Part shown: in pieces, positions 1-13,276 of the stretch | How the letters are laid out: every line of letters starts with the position of its first letter | How positions within the stretch are numbered: position 1 is the stretch's first letter | Source of the DNA: Atractiella rhizophila | Lineage: Eukaryota | DNA length: 32,527 bases | NCBI GenBank assembly: GCA_021432655.1 | Contig: MU271636.1 | Coordinates: 4,316 to 36,842 of the forward strand | Direction of reading: 5' to 3' | The notes under the pieces: model-generated | Told to the model about the DNA's origin: nothing | Databases searched by the model: none | What the model saw: only the letters and a program-made list of their open reading frames with translations | Position numbers and translations under genes: made by a program

Positions 1-3000
1 AAACGATCAGCACTGAGATAAATTCGTTCCTGTCGGGAGATAAATCTTCGGATAAGCTGATCGTTTATCAGGTCGACATCAACGTTTCGAGCAGTGAGGA
101 CCATGCACTCTTGGAAGTATTGCCTCAGTTGATCACGATATAGGTCTTCAGTTATGGTGTTAAGCCCAGGATAGATGTCATTTAAGAGACCTTCCAGGCC
201 ACGTGAGTGTGAGATTATTGTTCCATCCTTCATGGTCAATGGACCACAACCACAGTCATCTGGGTTGTCAGTTGCACCATTTCCAACTGACAGCAACCAA
301 TTAGCAAAGTCAGAAGCGATAGCAAAGTCATCAGCTGCCATATCAGCCTGGTGACGGAGAAGACGCATGTTGACCGTGAGAGGAAGGATCGTAACTGCTG
401 GCCAAAATGGACTGTTGATGACACATGCATCAACAATCTGTGCACGTGAAGCCTTGGGAATGACAGAGGGGCATTGTCGCATGTCACCTAATCTATTTAT
501 CAGAGGTGAACTCTTTGAATTATCCCACTTACCACCTAGAACAAAAATTACTCCGCCAAAAGGCGCATCTACTTTACGCATATCTCTCAGCATCCGATCG
601 ACTGCCTCAAAGCACCAACAATGGCTCATACCCACTTCATCCCATATTATCAATTCTGCCTCACGGCAAAGTCGTCCATGATCACTCTGAGCCTTAACAC
701 CACAGATTGAATCTGCTTCAAGGTCCAATGGTATTCGAAAGCGTGTGTGGGCAGTTCGTCCCCCTTCCAACAGGATAGCAGCAATGCCTGAGGAGGCCAC
801 AGCAAGCGCAATCTTCCCAGTTGAACGAACTTTGGCAAGTAGTAAGTTTTCAACAAAAGTCTTTCCTGTCCCTCCTGGCCCATCAATGAAGAACAGACCT
901 CCACTTCCCTCTTCCCAAGCCGCTATGATGGTGTCATAAGCATGACGTTGATCCTGATTAAGCAACAGCACCTCCCTGTTGAGACGCTCTTGAAGTTGCA
1001 GACGATCATATGCCAGCTCTTCACCAATTATTCTTGTCTCACCCCCCCACCTTTCTAACCTCTCTGTCGGTTGCGGTAGTCCAAAATCCGACAGAGACTT
1101 TGTGTGAGCCTGTAAGAGATCTTCAATCTCGAGGAGACAGAGACTGATGATTTGTTCTTCGTGCGGATTGGCTATACCGTACTTTGTCTACAGTAAACGT
1201 TTGCAACCATCGCTAAGTCGTTGATGATGGTTGTCCCATAACCTTCTTGGTTCACTTGCGACACCAAAAAGAAGGATATAGACAAAAAGAGACCGCATAG
1301 CGTGACCATTCTTGACTGAGCTGGCTTCCTCAAGGCAAAAGTCCCATTCTTCATCGCTTTCTAAAAGTCCCAGTGCCACACATGCGGCCTTAAATGTTTC
1401 ATAAACCCTTCCCTCCACAGTCCGAACATTCTCAAAAGACTTTGGACCGGCTACCTTGTGTAAGAGAAGTCGGAGGTAGAAAAGCTCTCCTTGTGATGGT
1501 GCAACATAGTAGATCCTTCCAATAGCTTCTCCTCTCTGCCTGATTTTCCATGAACGTGTGTTTGATTTCCAAGTAAGGTATTGAGGTGCTTTTGGATATG
1601 TCAAGTCCTCAGTAATGTCGGGGTGTTCCATACAGAAGTCAAAAATGTGGGTTAGTGTGGTCTTGCTAATGTTTGGCCTGGAAAGGATATCATTGAGAGA
1701 CTCTTCCTCTGGATTGAACGTGATAGACTGTTGATTGGGGAGGTGGATGGCTAATCGCTTGACTGTTGGAAAATGGTGATGCAATTGAAAGCGGAAGATG
1801 TGGTAACAGGCTAAGATATATGTCAGACAATCTAAAATATGGTCTCAAAACTGCTTACCTTCAGAAGATCCAATGAATCTAGCATCGAGATACTCTTGGA
1901 TCTCATCCACCTCTTGAGCAACATTGCCCCTTGTATCACGAATAATAGCTTGGGCTCGATCATGACCTTTATATACGTATTTGAAGAGATATTTCACAGA
2001 TTTGATAGAGATACACAGTTCGACGTTTATATGAGCCATAAAGCGTCGAAGAACGTATGGGTTGAATGGTACAACCCAACGATTATCGTAGATAAATCCA
2101 TTTGGTGTTTTCTGAAACGTGCGTCCATTGTCACGGCGTCGATAAGTTGGATATCCATTGTCATTGATGCCTGTCTCTGCTGCAAATGGTTTGGGGTACC
2201 CCTTGCTACAGATCTTTCTGCCTGGTCTTTTAGGATCCTCTACCATGCAGGGACTATCTGGATTAATGTCTCCACATGGTCCATGAAGCATATGCTGACA
2301 CACAATATCGAAAAGCTCGGGGTCAGCATGATGAATGAGAGAGAAGGTGTCCTTTTTTAGATGGAGAAGGTAAGAGTAGTAGTTCATTTGAGTAACGTGA
2401 TCCTGTTCTCCCATGTTTCCAACGATTTGTCCATCATCGTTGCGATATTCCTCCCGTGGTCCAGGTCGAAGCAAATCTTTGTCCCGTAGGGGAATATAGG
2501 CATGNNNNNNNNNNNNNNNNNNNNNNNNNNNNNNNNNNNNNNNNNNNNNNNNNNNNNNNNNNNNNNNNNNNNNNNNNNNNNNNNNNNNNNNNNNNNNNNN
2601 NNNNNNNNNNNNNNNNNNNNNNNNNNNNNNNNNNNNNNNNNNNNNNNNNNNNNNNNNNNNNNNNNNNNNNNNNNNNNNNNNNNNNNNNNNNNNNNNNNNN
2701 NNNNNNNNNNNNNNNNNNNNNNNNNNNNNNNNNNNNNNNNNNNNNNNNNNNNNNNNNNNNNNNNNNNNNNNNNNNNNNNNNNNNNNNNNNNNNNNNNNNN
2801 NNNNNNNNNNNNNNNNNNNNNNNNNNNNNNNNNNNNNNNNNNNNNNNNNNNNNNNNNNNNNNNNNNNNNNNNNNNNNNNNNNNNNNNNNNNNNNNNNNNN
2901 NNNNNNNNNNNNNNNNNNNNNNNNNNNNNNNNNNNNNNNNNNNNNNNNNNNNNNNNNNNNNNNNNNNNNNNNNNNNNNNNNNNNNNNNNNNNNNNNNNNN

Positions 3001-3622
3001 NNNNNNNNNNNNNNNNNNNNNNNNNNNNNNNNNNNNNNNNNNNNNNNNNNNNNNNNNNNNNNNNNNNNNNNNNNNNNNNNNNNNNNNNNNNNNNNNNNNN
3101 NNNNNNNNNNNNNNNNNNNNNNNNNNNNNNNNNNNNNNNNNNNNNNNNNNNNNNNNNNNNNNNNNNNNNNNNNNNNNNNNNNNNNNNNNNNNNNNNNNNN
3201 NNNNNNNNNNNNNNNNNNNNNNNNNNNNNNNNNNNNNNNNNNNNNNNNNNNNNNNNNNNNNNNNNNNNNNNNNNNNNNNNNNNNNNNNNNNNNNNNNNNN
3301 NNNNNNNNNNNNNNNNNNNNNNNNNNNNNNNNNNNNNNNNNNNNNNNNNNNNNNNNNNNNNNNNNNNNNNNNNNNNNNNNNNNNNNNNNNNNNNNNNNNN
3401 NNNNNNNNNNNNNNNNNNNNNNNNNNNNNNNNNNNNNNNNNNNNNCGAATCTCACGGGTCAAATGTTGAGGAGGTGTGGGTTGTGTAAGCTGAAAGCGCT
3501 GAGGTGACCGTGCAGCACGCCTCTCTGAACGCCGGGGAGGATCAATGGGGCTATCTTCTCGCCTCTGCTGCTGGGCACGAATTCGTGTCTCAGCACCTTT
3601 TTTTTTGCTTGGGACGGGGCAT
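1..3622 (-). pseudogene. Helitron Rep/helicase (RepHel) gene, disrupted
   Basis: Helicase frame 1187->1 (not in the ORF track because it runs off the edge): Walker A LFFIDGPGGTGKTF (~855-895), AVASSGIAAILLEGGRTAH, Walker B IIWDEVGM (~625-650), FGG..VLGG|DMRQ, LTVNMRL, YLSAD. GT-AG introns at 1811-1858 (restores SSEACYHIFRF) and 488-532 (restores GGD). In-frame TAG at 1188-1190. Putative ATG at 3622 with a frameshift in an A9 run. Confidence 0.85.
2505..3445. other. Assembly gap (941 N) inside the Helitron
   Basis: Run of N characters. Confidence 1.
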
Positions 3623-3734
3623 AATGAAGTCTACTTGGCCATCAGAAGCACATAACAGGCTATATTTCACTTACGTATCAGTCCTTTCCTTGCCTCATGA
3701 ATGGCAAAAGCCAACTTTGGCACACAACCTGAGA

Positions 3735-3783
3735 TCAGAGAAAAGATCAAACCTCAGAGAAAAGATCAAACCTCAGATCAAAC
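3735..3783. repeat. Tandem repeat: 19-bp unit TCAGAGAAAAGATCAAACC x2 plus a partial copy; probably in the Helitron 5' region
   Basis: Exact copies at 3735-3753 and 3754-3772, then TCAGATCAAAC. Confidence 0.85.
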
Positions 3784-4289
3784 ACAGCAAGCCGCGCTAA
3801 AAAAAATTGCATGCAGGGCAATTCTGGGCACTGGCAGAATTTGGTTTATTGCGGGGCTGCTGCGGCGGAATTGCGGGGACAGTGGTGGCTATTTCCCTGC
3901 TTTCAAGGGTTCGAGTCCAGCACAAAAACGCATTTTTTCAAACCTTTCAGAATAAAATTTCCTTGCAGGTTCAGAAAGGGGCAAGCATATGGGTTATGAT
4001 GGTATAATTCATTTCATTCTACTGTGCATGGTGTGGGAGGTGTGAGGGCTCAAAAGTGCGTCTTATGACTCACGCCAAGAAACCCAACGCTCTTAGAAGA
4101 ATAGAAGGCGCGAAGGTGCACGTGCTGTTCCTGACTCATTACGTTACCTGAACATTTTTTGAACTCTATTCGCGTGCCCTCTGACCGTGTTAACACTTAC
4201 CTAGTACGACCCCCCCAGATGTTAACCACAAGGACTAAACAACGATGTTAACATTAACATTATCAAGACTTGCACGGCGCCTGCGGCCC

Positions 4290-4749
4290 TTTGGTTCCCA
4301 ACAGAACCCAAACCCTCCTCCTCCCACATACCAAGTTTCAAACGAGGTTGTTTACTAGCTCTCCAGCACCTGGTACGAGAAAGCGTTCGTGTTCCACGCG
4401 TTCATGTTTTTGTTTGAGACCGTGTTTAGAGGAGAGAGAGCTTACTGGTTGTGGTTGCATTGTGCAGAACAGGAGTCTGTCGGAACGCGAATATTACGGT
4501 ATTTCTGATGGGACAACGTATTCATTGACTGAAAGTCTGGAGAGGCTGGTCGAGCAACAAGGAGGTCGACCATTCGGTGAGATCTTCTTTTACCAACATC
4601 TGAAGCAATCCGCCAAACAAAGAGATATGGCTCTCAAGTCCTGTGAGGTCAGTCTGTCCACCCCTTCTTTCTCCGTTCCGTTACTGCTTGGAGTCGCATG
4701 CTGAGCAATTGTGATGGCGCAATAGTGGACCAAAGCGATACTCCTATGA
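4290..4749 (+). pseudogene. Possible spliced gene fragment of unknown identity
   Basis: Intron-like segments GTTCGT...TGTGCAG (~4385-4467) and GTCAGT...CTGAG...AATAG (~4648-4725) flank an open exon (NRSLSEREYYGISDG...DMALKSCE), followed by WTKAILL-stop. No clear start codon. Confidence 0.25.
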
Positions 4750-5486
4750 CGCGAAGGAGCTGTGGTTTTATCCACGTGATGAAAGGCTTACTTGAAAGGA
4801 GCTTAAAGAAGTAGTTGGCGAGACAGAGGTGAAGCTCGACTGTTGATCAACTTGAATCGACATCACGCCCCCAACTCAGTTTAGCTTAGCTGGACAAAGT
4901 GTGAGAGACAAAAAGACCTCAAGCTTGTTCAAGTTCGAAATGCTAGCCGGCGGTATACCTTCCTCTTCATTTCAATAACTCAGGTTGAAGGATCGCTTTA
5001 GCATATATCAAGAGCTACTTTTGAACAGCACAAAATTGCTAAGCGGTCAGATTATTTCAAATCCAATCCAGACGATCATCAACCGTGGTATTCCGTGAGA
5101 ATCATACCCATTTGGGTCTTGAAGAGCTCAAGAATAGGAAACTACCATCCTTTCCGCAAACTATTGACGAGAGTACCAAATGCCTCTCTGTCTACGATGA
5201 ATGTATGGGAAAGCCTATTAAATAAACTATGCACTTAATACCTAACATCCGTTCAAGTGATACAGACTCAAGGATAATATTTGCCTCGAAGAGTGAGAGG
5301 CTAGATCAGGAAGGAGTGGCTCCAGACTTTCTTGTCTCCTTCTCCCTTATCCATTGTCCTTGCTTCTTAGACCAGTCGTGTCATTCAGTAGTCTACACTT
5401 GTTATTTCATCCATATTACATCGATTGTTCTTATCGTGATGTGGACCACATAAACAGTCAGTTTGCCTCCATTGCTGAACTCTTCC

Positions 5487-6683
5487 TCAAAATGGAACGA
5501 GAGCACCGGGAATGGCATCCCAAAGGATTCCCGTTTCCTCTAGTCCAACGCTTGCGATTTTTTCCATCATTTTTCCAACAGAGGTTTCTGGAGTATGCGG
5601 TGCCTAATCGACACGTGAGCTCGAGGACGTAGTGAGAAGAGCGGAAAACAAACGGCATCGGTTCCTCTGTATGCAGGCTCAGTCCCAGAACATGAAGAAA
5701 AACAGTTCAAGGCTCACATATCTGTTTTTACGAGCCCCTTCGCGCAAATTTGGTCAATGAAAGATTGAGCGATCCACTAAACTCACAGGCTACAAGGAAA
5801 CTGTTAGCCTAAAAACCTAGGTAGCACGATGAAACAGCGCACGCAGAGACCAAGGACAACGATGCCATCCTTTTCCAATTCAACAGCATATTTCCTTGTA
5901 GCCATGTTGAGAGCTTCCCAGTCCGTCAATGAGACTAACCAAGGTTGGAAACAAGTTTCTCACCTGCTTTGCTAACGACATATCCGGCTCCAGCACCGAC
6001 TTTAAACAAGTCGATGCTACGAGGTCCTTTGCTCAGTTCAATAGAGCCGGTAAAAGAAGAGATATTGATTATCTTCTTTTCGTTCCCTTTCTTGATCAAA
6101 GGAATAAAAGCATTAGTCGTGATAAGGACACCGACGACATTCGTTCGGAACTGTGGATGATCGGATCGAACGGGAGCTTTAAGAATATGGTCGACGTACC
6201 ACATCGATAAATCCCTGTTCATCAACAGAGCTGAAAGATGTGTGAAGGAGCATTTCTCTTGTTGCGTAAGCTCCTCCAGGCATTGTGATGGCAGCACTGT
6301 TTCCCGAATTTAAGGATTAGTGGATCAGCACTTCAGAACTGGGTGAGAGCCCACTTGTTAATCAAGATGTCCACTCCTCTCTCCCCCAAAATTTTTTCCA
6401 CAGATTCCCTAGCAGAGATGATGGAAGCTTTATCGTCCACATCTCCTTTCAGCACAGTCACGTTTTTTCTGTCTTTCGCAAGCGCAGCCAACTTGTCGGC
6501 TTTGTCAGGATTGCGACAGAGAGCGAAAATTTTGTTTGTTGCAATTGAAGATGCTTGAGCGACGAATTCAAATCTTCATGGGTGAAAGAGAAGGCGAGTG
6601 AGCGAAGTCACAGAAGCCCAAGAGAACAAAGCTTACCCAATACCACGAGATGCTCCAGTAATGACATACACGAGTCCAGCCAT
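5487..6683 (-). CDS. Classical short-chain dehydrogenase/reductase (CsgA/C-factor-like), 9 predicted exons
   Basis: Spliced product MAGLVYVITGASRGIG (TGxxxGxG), VDILINNA, FRTNVVG, KKIINISS, catalytic YVVSK (YxxxK), LC|P|GLVKTD, ending ILWDAIPGALVPF-TGA (5487). All introns GT-AG. Confidence 0.9.
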
Positions 6684-8047
6684 TCTTATACTTGACACTG
6701 CAAGCTGCTAAATATTGCAGTCCCCACTTCCGCAAAACAGAGCAAAGAACCCTTTTTAAAGACACATCACCCGAACTCGGATCCTCCACTTTAGTTGGTC
6801 CTCAACGCTCTCCACGACATCGAAATGTCGGTGCCCGTGGCGTGTGGTGATACTCAGGAAGAAGTAAGTACGGCTGTAGTAGAGCTCGCGCGCTTCGATC
6901 AGGTTCAGATGCGCAAAAAGCGAGCATTTCAGCGAGTTACGTGAGCCGAACGGGCGAATGAATGCAAGACAGAGTGAGAGACGACGAAGCCAACCGGCAG
7001 AGATAGGAGCAACGGCATGGATCAATCACCATAATAGAGCTGACGTTCACTCTTCGCCGAACAGAAATAGATGCACAGACCTACAATCGTGGACTAAAAG
7101 GCACGGGAAGGTGCGGGCAGGGTTGTGATTTTATTCACGCGACTTAATTGTTAGCTGATGTGATCACAACACAACTACACATTTCCGTTCCTCCATCAGT
7201 TCTCCGAGACACGGTACGAGTTTAGATTTCGCACCATATTTGTTTGAGCGCTCATTATTGGGCATTCAACATCACGATGGGAACATCTATCGGCGTTAAG
7301 CACAAGCCGAACAACAAACACAATTCTACGCGCATCAAGGATATCGATATATCAAGGAATCTCAATGACACTAACATTTCGGTGACTCTATTGTGCAGCT
7401 GAAACACTCGTCTGTATGATATCGAGTACTTCTCATAAATCGGGTGATGAAGCCAGACAAGAGTGGAAACATGCATGTGCCCTCCGCAACCACTCAAAGC
7501 TTCTGGGGCCTATAGCTCTGGAGCCAGACAAAAGAGCAACAATGCCGTTCAATTTGGCGGTTCTCTTCATAGTATTATATGGAATTTCGTCCATAGGTAC
7601 AGGGATGCCCATTAGAGAGATTGGAGTGCTTATGCACAATGGTTCAACTTTCAACGTTCACCCTTGTGGTATGGACACATCGAAATATTGGCTGCTGAGC
7701 CCTGAAACTCAATACGTGAAAGAAAGATGTACAAAGTTACAAAGTTGATGAACCAGACAAAGAATTCTCGGTTCCGTGAAACAAGGAAATTCGCAGGTTG
7801 GCATGAGATTTCCTTGACGATCGCTTCTGCGTTTCAGATCTGAGAGGCAACGAGGCAACAACGGCAAGAGGACAACGATTTGACCAGACCACACCTCCAG
7901 AGCAACCACGAACAAGTATCGCCATCCTTCAAATACACCACAACCTCACATCTTCTTCCCTACCTACCTGTCCTTTGTTAACCTGTGTCCAGTTTCTTGG
8001 ACAGAACAGCTTGATTGAGTGTTGAAGAGCTTTGATTGTTAAAAAGG

Positions 8048-9555
<1,508 letters not shown>

Positions 9556-9948
9556 TCTTAGCATGCTGCCTCCTCTTCCCTGGCGTCTTTTCAGTCCATC
9601 ACTCCATGGGTGCAACGCATCGTGCTTCAACTAGCTCTTTGAATCGAATACAGAAAGCAATGCTCGCAAGCTCGAGCCTCGTCTCATCTTCCTCAGGACG
9701 ATACCTCTCCCATGCTCCTTTCTGTGCGTCTATCAGGTTGTAGATCCTACGCTTCATTTCTCTCTTATGTTCCAAATCAATCCGGTCAATGGGTGTTACC
9801 GAATCTCTATATTTTTTCTTTGCTGTTGGGCATGTGTTGGCGTGGGAAAATCGGATGGGAAGCTGTACAGACCTCAATACTTTCTGCTGCAAGTTCATTT
9901 CATTCCTCACTTCATGGCCCTGGTGCACACTGCGCCGAAGGAAGCTAT

Positions 9949-10786
9949 TTAACCTGGTAGTCCCCCACCAGTCTCCCATCGCAGGACTTGCAAGTCGTAC
10001 CAATACACTCCAGCTGTCACGAAAAATAAGCTTGCAAGACACCACCTCAAGTCTAACCGGACGGTTCCCCATACCCAGAGCGCACCGAGAATGGGACACA
10101 TCTATGCGTCCATGTCAACATCGAATGACGTTGGAAGTATGTGAAAACTTACAGCCATCACTTTTCGGTAAGGGGAATTATTAACCATCCATATCAGCCT
10201 TAGTCCAGAGAAAGTAGTTAACCCGAAGATTGCGAGGATGACGTGTAATGGAGTTGGACGGGAGGGATGGGGAAGTGTGAGGTAAGAAAGGAAGAGGAAG
10301 GAAGGAAAGAATTTGGCAACGTCTTTGAAAGCTTCTGCGGCAGCCAAATGAGAAGCGTATTGAGCATGAATTGCCACGTCTCTGCACTCCCACGCAGATG
10401 AATCGTAAGGCTCGAAGCAATAGGACAATAGGATGGAATAGGACGGAATTGTGTACGCACAAGCCAACGTAAAGGAAAGAGAATGGAACCGTCCAAAGAA
10501 TCGCATCCAAGAGAACTTCTCCCCAGACCGGCTCTCCATCATCATCCTCCTCGTCATCAGCATCACCGCTGTCCTTTGGCACAGGTATTTCATGGATCTT
10601 CACCCCAGCGGGAAGCTCGGATTCGTCGAATGAGAGTAAAGGCTTCTCATTCGAGGTTGTAGTGGGGGAACGAGGAACACGTTTCAAGAGACCACTGCTT
10701 TGGAGCAGACGAAGTTGTTCATCTTCTGGAATGTTTGGGATGTCGGACGAGACGTTTTTTGAAGTGGAAGGCTTCTTTTTGGGCAT
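9949..10786 (-). CDS. Fungal membrane protein of unknown function (tentatively DUF7719-like), 3 exons
   Basis: IPEDEQLRLLQSSGLL N-terminus, acidic linker, hydrophobic segments ILWTVPFSFLYVGL|DVAIHAQY...PYRKVMA|MCPILGALWVWGTVRLDLRWCLASLFFV. GT-AG introns at ~10383-10460 and ~10102-10152. TAA at 9949. Family name is from memory. Confidence 0.8.
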
Positions 10787-11130
10787 GATTCTGGCTTTTG
10801 AAACCGTGGACTTGCAACTGGTAATGATGGATGTTTAAAGAAAGGTGCCGAATATTGAACTGAACTTCGTCGAACCTTATAACTTCAGCAACCATCTTGA
10901 AAGTTGAACCAAGTTGTTGAACACATGAAGAACTGGCGCGAGATAGATGGGCAGGACGTGTAGTATGAATAGTGGGGCTTCGATGGCGTTAGTGGCTGCT
11001 CGGACCAGCTTGATTTTTTGTTTCAGGTATGTGTTCAACCTGGTTTACTTGAACTGCCCACACATCTTTCTGCAAACGTAAACTCTCTGAGCGCCAAAAT
11101 GACCGTCGTCCGGTGCCATACTCGAATACC

Positions 11131-13265
11131 TGTTTCAATGAGTCCGCCAACCCCTACACGTTTTATGTGCATCTCTTGATGAGAGGATTGAACATCACAT
11201 TCTGGAAAAGTGCATGGCATTGGAAAAGAACCTCTTTGCATGGCATTCGGCTAAACGTCTTTCATAATAAATGCATCTTGGCGAAGGGAACAGCGGAGAT
11301 CTGTAGGCAGCACTGTTTTCCTTGTGAGATAAAAGCTCGTACATGTTGATACTACATCAAACCTCAAATTGGGTTGTTTCCTTCTGGCTTTTCATCTTGG
11401 GGGCGGTTGCTGAAATCTGCTTACTCCATTGATATTCCTGTTGAATCATGTCAAGATCAGTTTCATGCCCTGGGTACGCTCGAAGAGAGTCTGTTGACCG
11501 ATTCTTATCGCCGCAGAAGTTGCTGTCCCTATCCCGAGTAAGTTTGTAGAAATGATTGGTTCTATCTAAAAGATGGGAAGAATAATCTTGCACTCTCACA
11601 ATGACCCATGTCGAGTTGGGGCTCAAACTCCACAAATTGTGCACAGCCTTCTCGGTCTTTTCTCGTATTTTCAGAAAAAAGCCTGCAGATGCAGTGAAAG
11701 CTCAAGCGAGAAGGCTGAAAGCAAATTTCAGGAAAGAGCGTGAGGAGCGGTTTGCTTATCGCAACTGTATTATTTCATCCACATTCAGTTTTGACATTTG
11801 ACACTCGTGATCACGACTTCACATGCAATTGGCAGGGTACGTTCCGATCTTCCGCTGCTTCATCCTTTCTACAAGGAATTGACGTCCTAGCCCTTCACTC
11901 AGAATATCTTTCTGAAAGAAGACCTAAATCCTTCATGCTAGCATGCCTTGATGCCATCCAGACCACTCGGCGGAGTCAAGGATGAGCACACAACGGTCTC
12001 AAGTAACAGCCTCACGCACACAGCACTAGCAATGGTACAGTGTTCTGGTACAGAATATCAACTCCGCTTTTTCTTCGTAATTTCAGAGTTAGAAAGTCGA
12101 ACTAATGAGAAGCTTCAAAGCAATGTGTTCGCGAAGGTGTAAATCGTCTTGATCAGCGTAAGGTATCCTGATCTGATTCTCAATTTGCCAGGTGGTCTAA
12201 CACAGTTTGTTTCACTAGACGCTTTCAGCTTTCGCTCCAGCATGACCGTCGAGTCCAGTTGCTCCTTTGAAATCCTCATGTCCTGTTCGGTATATGCAGG
12301 ACGCCGCTTGGGACAATATCCAGAGCCAGCCCCTCCCATAACAGCAAATGTACCACTCCCCAGAAGTCCTAGCGGCGCCAGTAGAAGTGCATCCTGCTTA
12401 TTCTGCAGCACTCAAATTTCTTGAGAGACTGTGCAGAACCCAAACCCAAGATTGTTTCACTCGCACGCGGAGATGTGATTGAGAGATCCCGTCGTCGTAT
12501 TTTCGAGCTTCACTGTACGCTCACAAGACCGCTCTCCTACACTGAAGCAAGAAATCAATCAAACAGCCTTGCTTTGTTATGTTTGTATCCTAGTCCCCTC
12601 CTTTCGTTTCATCCTAATGACAATCCTCAAAAGTCCACCTCCCATCTGCAAGAGACCTATATTCCATATCTGCTTGCCGAACATCCTCCATTAAAATACT
12701 TTTCCTTACTTGGTAAGCTTGTTTCATTCTCAAGTTGGAAATTTGGACTCACAGATGGGGTCACGGAATCGTATGCGCCTCCTCCTCCTCTCGTTATTAC
12801 AGTGTTCGATCCGTCATATTTTTGATCGCGTTATCCTTTTACTCAGCTTAAGTGTTATAAAGGGAACCGACCTGATCTCGCGCTGTAGGTACTGTATTTC
12901 CTTATATTACACGGATAAAATTAAAACTCACCTCCTCGTTCGTGATTTCTTGCTGGCAGCCTTCGCAACACTTCCATATTGATCAGTTACGGTCATATAA
13001 TCCTACGACTGCTTAATACTAAAGCTACCCAACACTAACGAGATGCAAATTCCCTCCAAGTTACTCTGGCGACGAGACGACTCTTACCTCGATACGGCGC
13101 AATATAGCAAAGAGTCAGATGGAAACTCGCCATCCGAGCCCTTTTTGGACATTTCGGAGAAGTGGGATCAGGATGGATATCCTATTGTCAGCGCGAAAGA
13201 ATCGGAAAAGCGATCTTCGTGGGATGGCAGCAGATTTCTCAGTCCCGCTTGGAGCACCGATCCCA
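11131..13265. repeat. Tandem segmental duplication, copy A (~2.13 kb)
   Basis: Collinear with 13266-15521: TGTTTCAATGAG.CCGCCAACC at both starts, GCCTTCTCGGTCTTTTCTCGTATTTTCAGAAAAAAGCCTGCA internally, TGGAGCACCGATCCC at both ends. Confidence 0.95.
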
Positions 13266-13276
13266 TGTTTCAATGA
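13043..13276 (+). pseudogene. Truncated 5' copy of the Gly-rich protein gene at 15300
   Basis: MQIPSKLL...SPAWSTDP differs from 15300-15521 at about 12 of 222 nt by hand count, then crosses the duplication junction and stops after MFQ. Confidence 0.85.

Larger units (their letters stand above)
1..3790 (-). mobile_element. Helitron (rolling-circle transposon), defective; 3' part runs off the left edge and the 5' terminus is not located
   Basis: Minus strand encodes Rep C-terminal motifs (HMLHGPCG, GYPTYRRRD, DNRWVVPFNPY, AHINVE, KYLFKYVYKGHD, DEIQEYLDARF), the linker (AIGRIYYVAPSQGELFYLRLLL, TFKAACVALGLLESDEEW) and a Pif1-type helicase. The right boundary is a guess placed at the tandem repeats at 3735-3783. 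Confidence 0.9.

Noticed and set aside
2434..3488. Long ORFs of 328-536 aa in the ORF track
   Set aside because: Their length comes from translating the N gap; only the flanking minus-strand Helitron segments are real
3735..3783. Short direct repeats as a CRISPR array
   Set aside because: Head-to-tail copies with no spacers, in a eukaryotic context
4185..4210. CTAG preceded by a palindrome as this Helitron's 3' end
   Set aside because: Wrong side for a minus-strand element, and the palindrome is AT-rich rather than a GC-rich hairpin
7255..7925. Several 60-110 aa ORFs upstream of the MAPK
   Set aside because: No recognisable motifs or consistent splice structure; treated as promoter or UTR
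9599..10184. 166-aa and 131-aa ORFs between convergent genes
   Set aside because: They overlap the last exon and 3' UTRs of real genes in other frames and show no motifs
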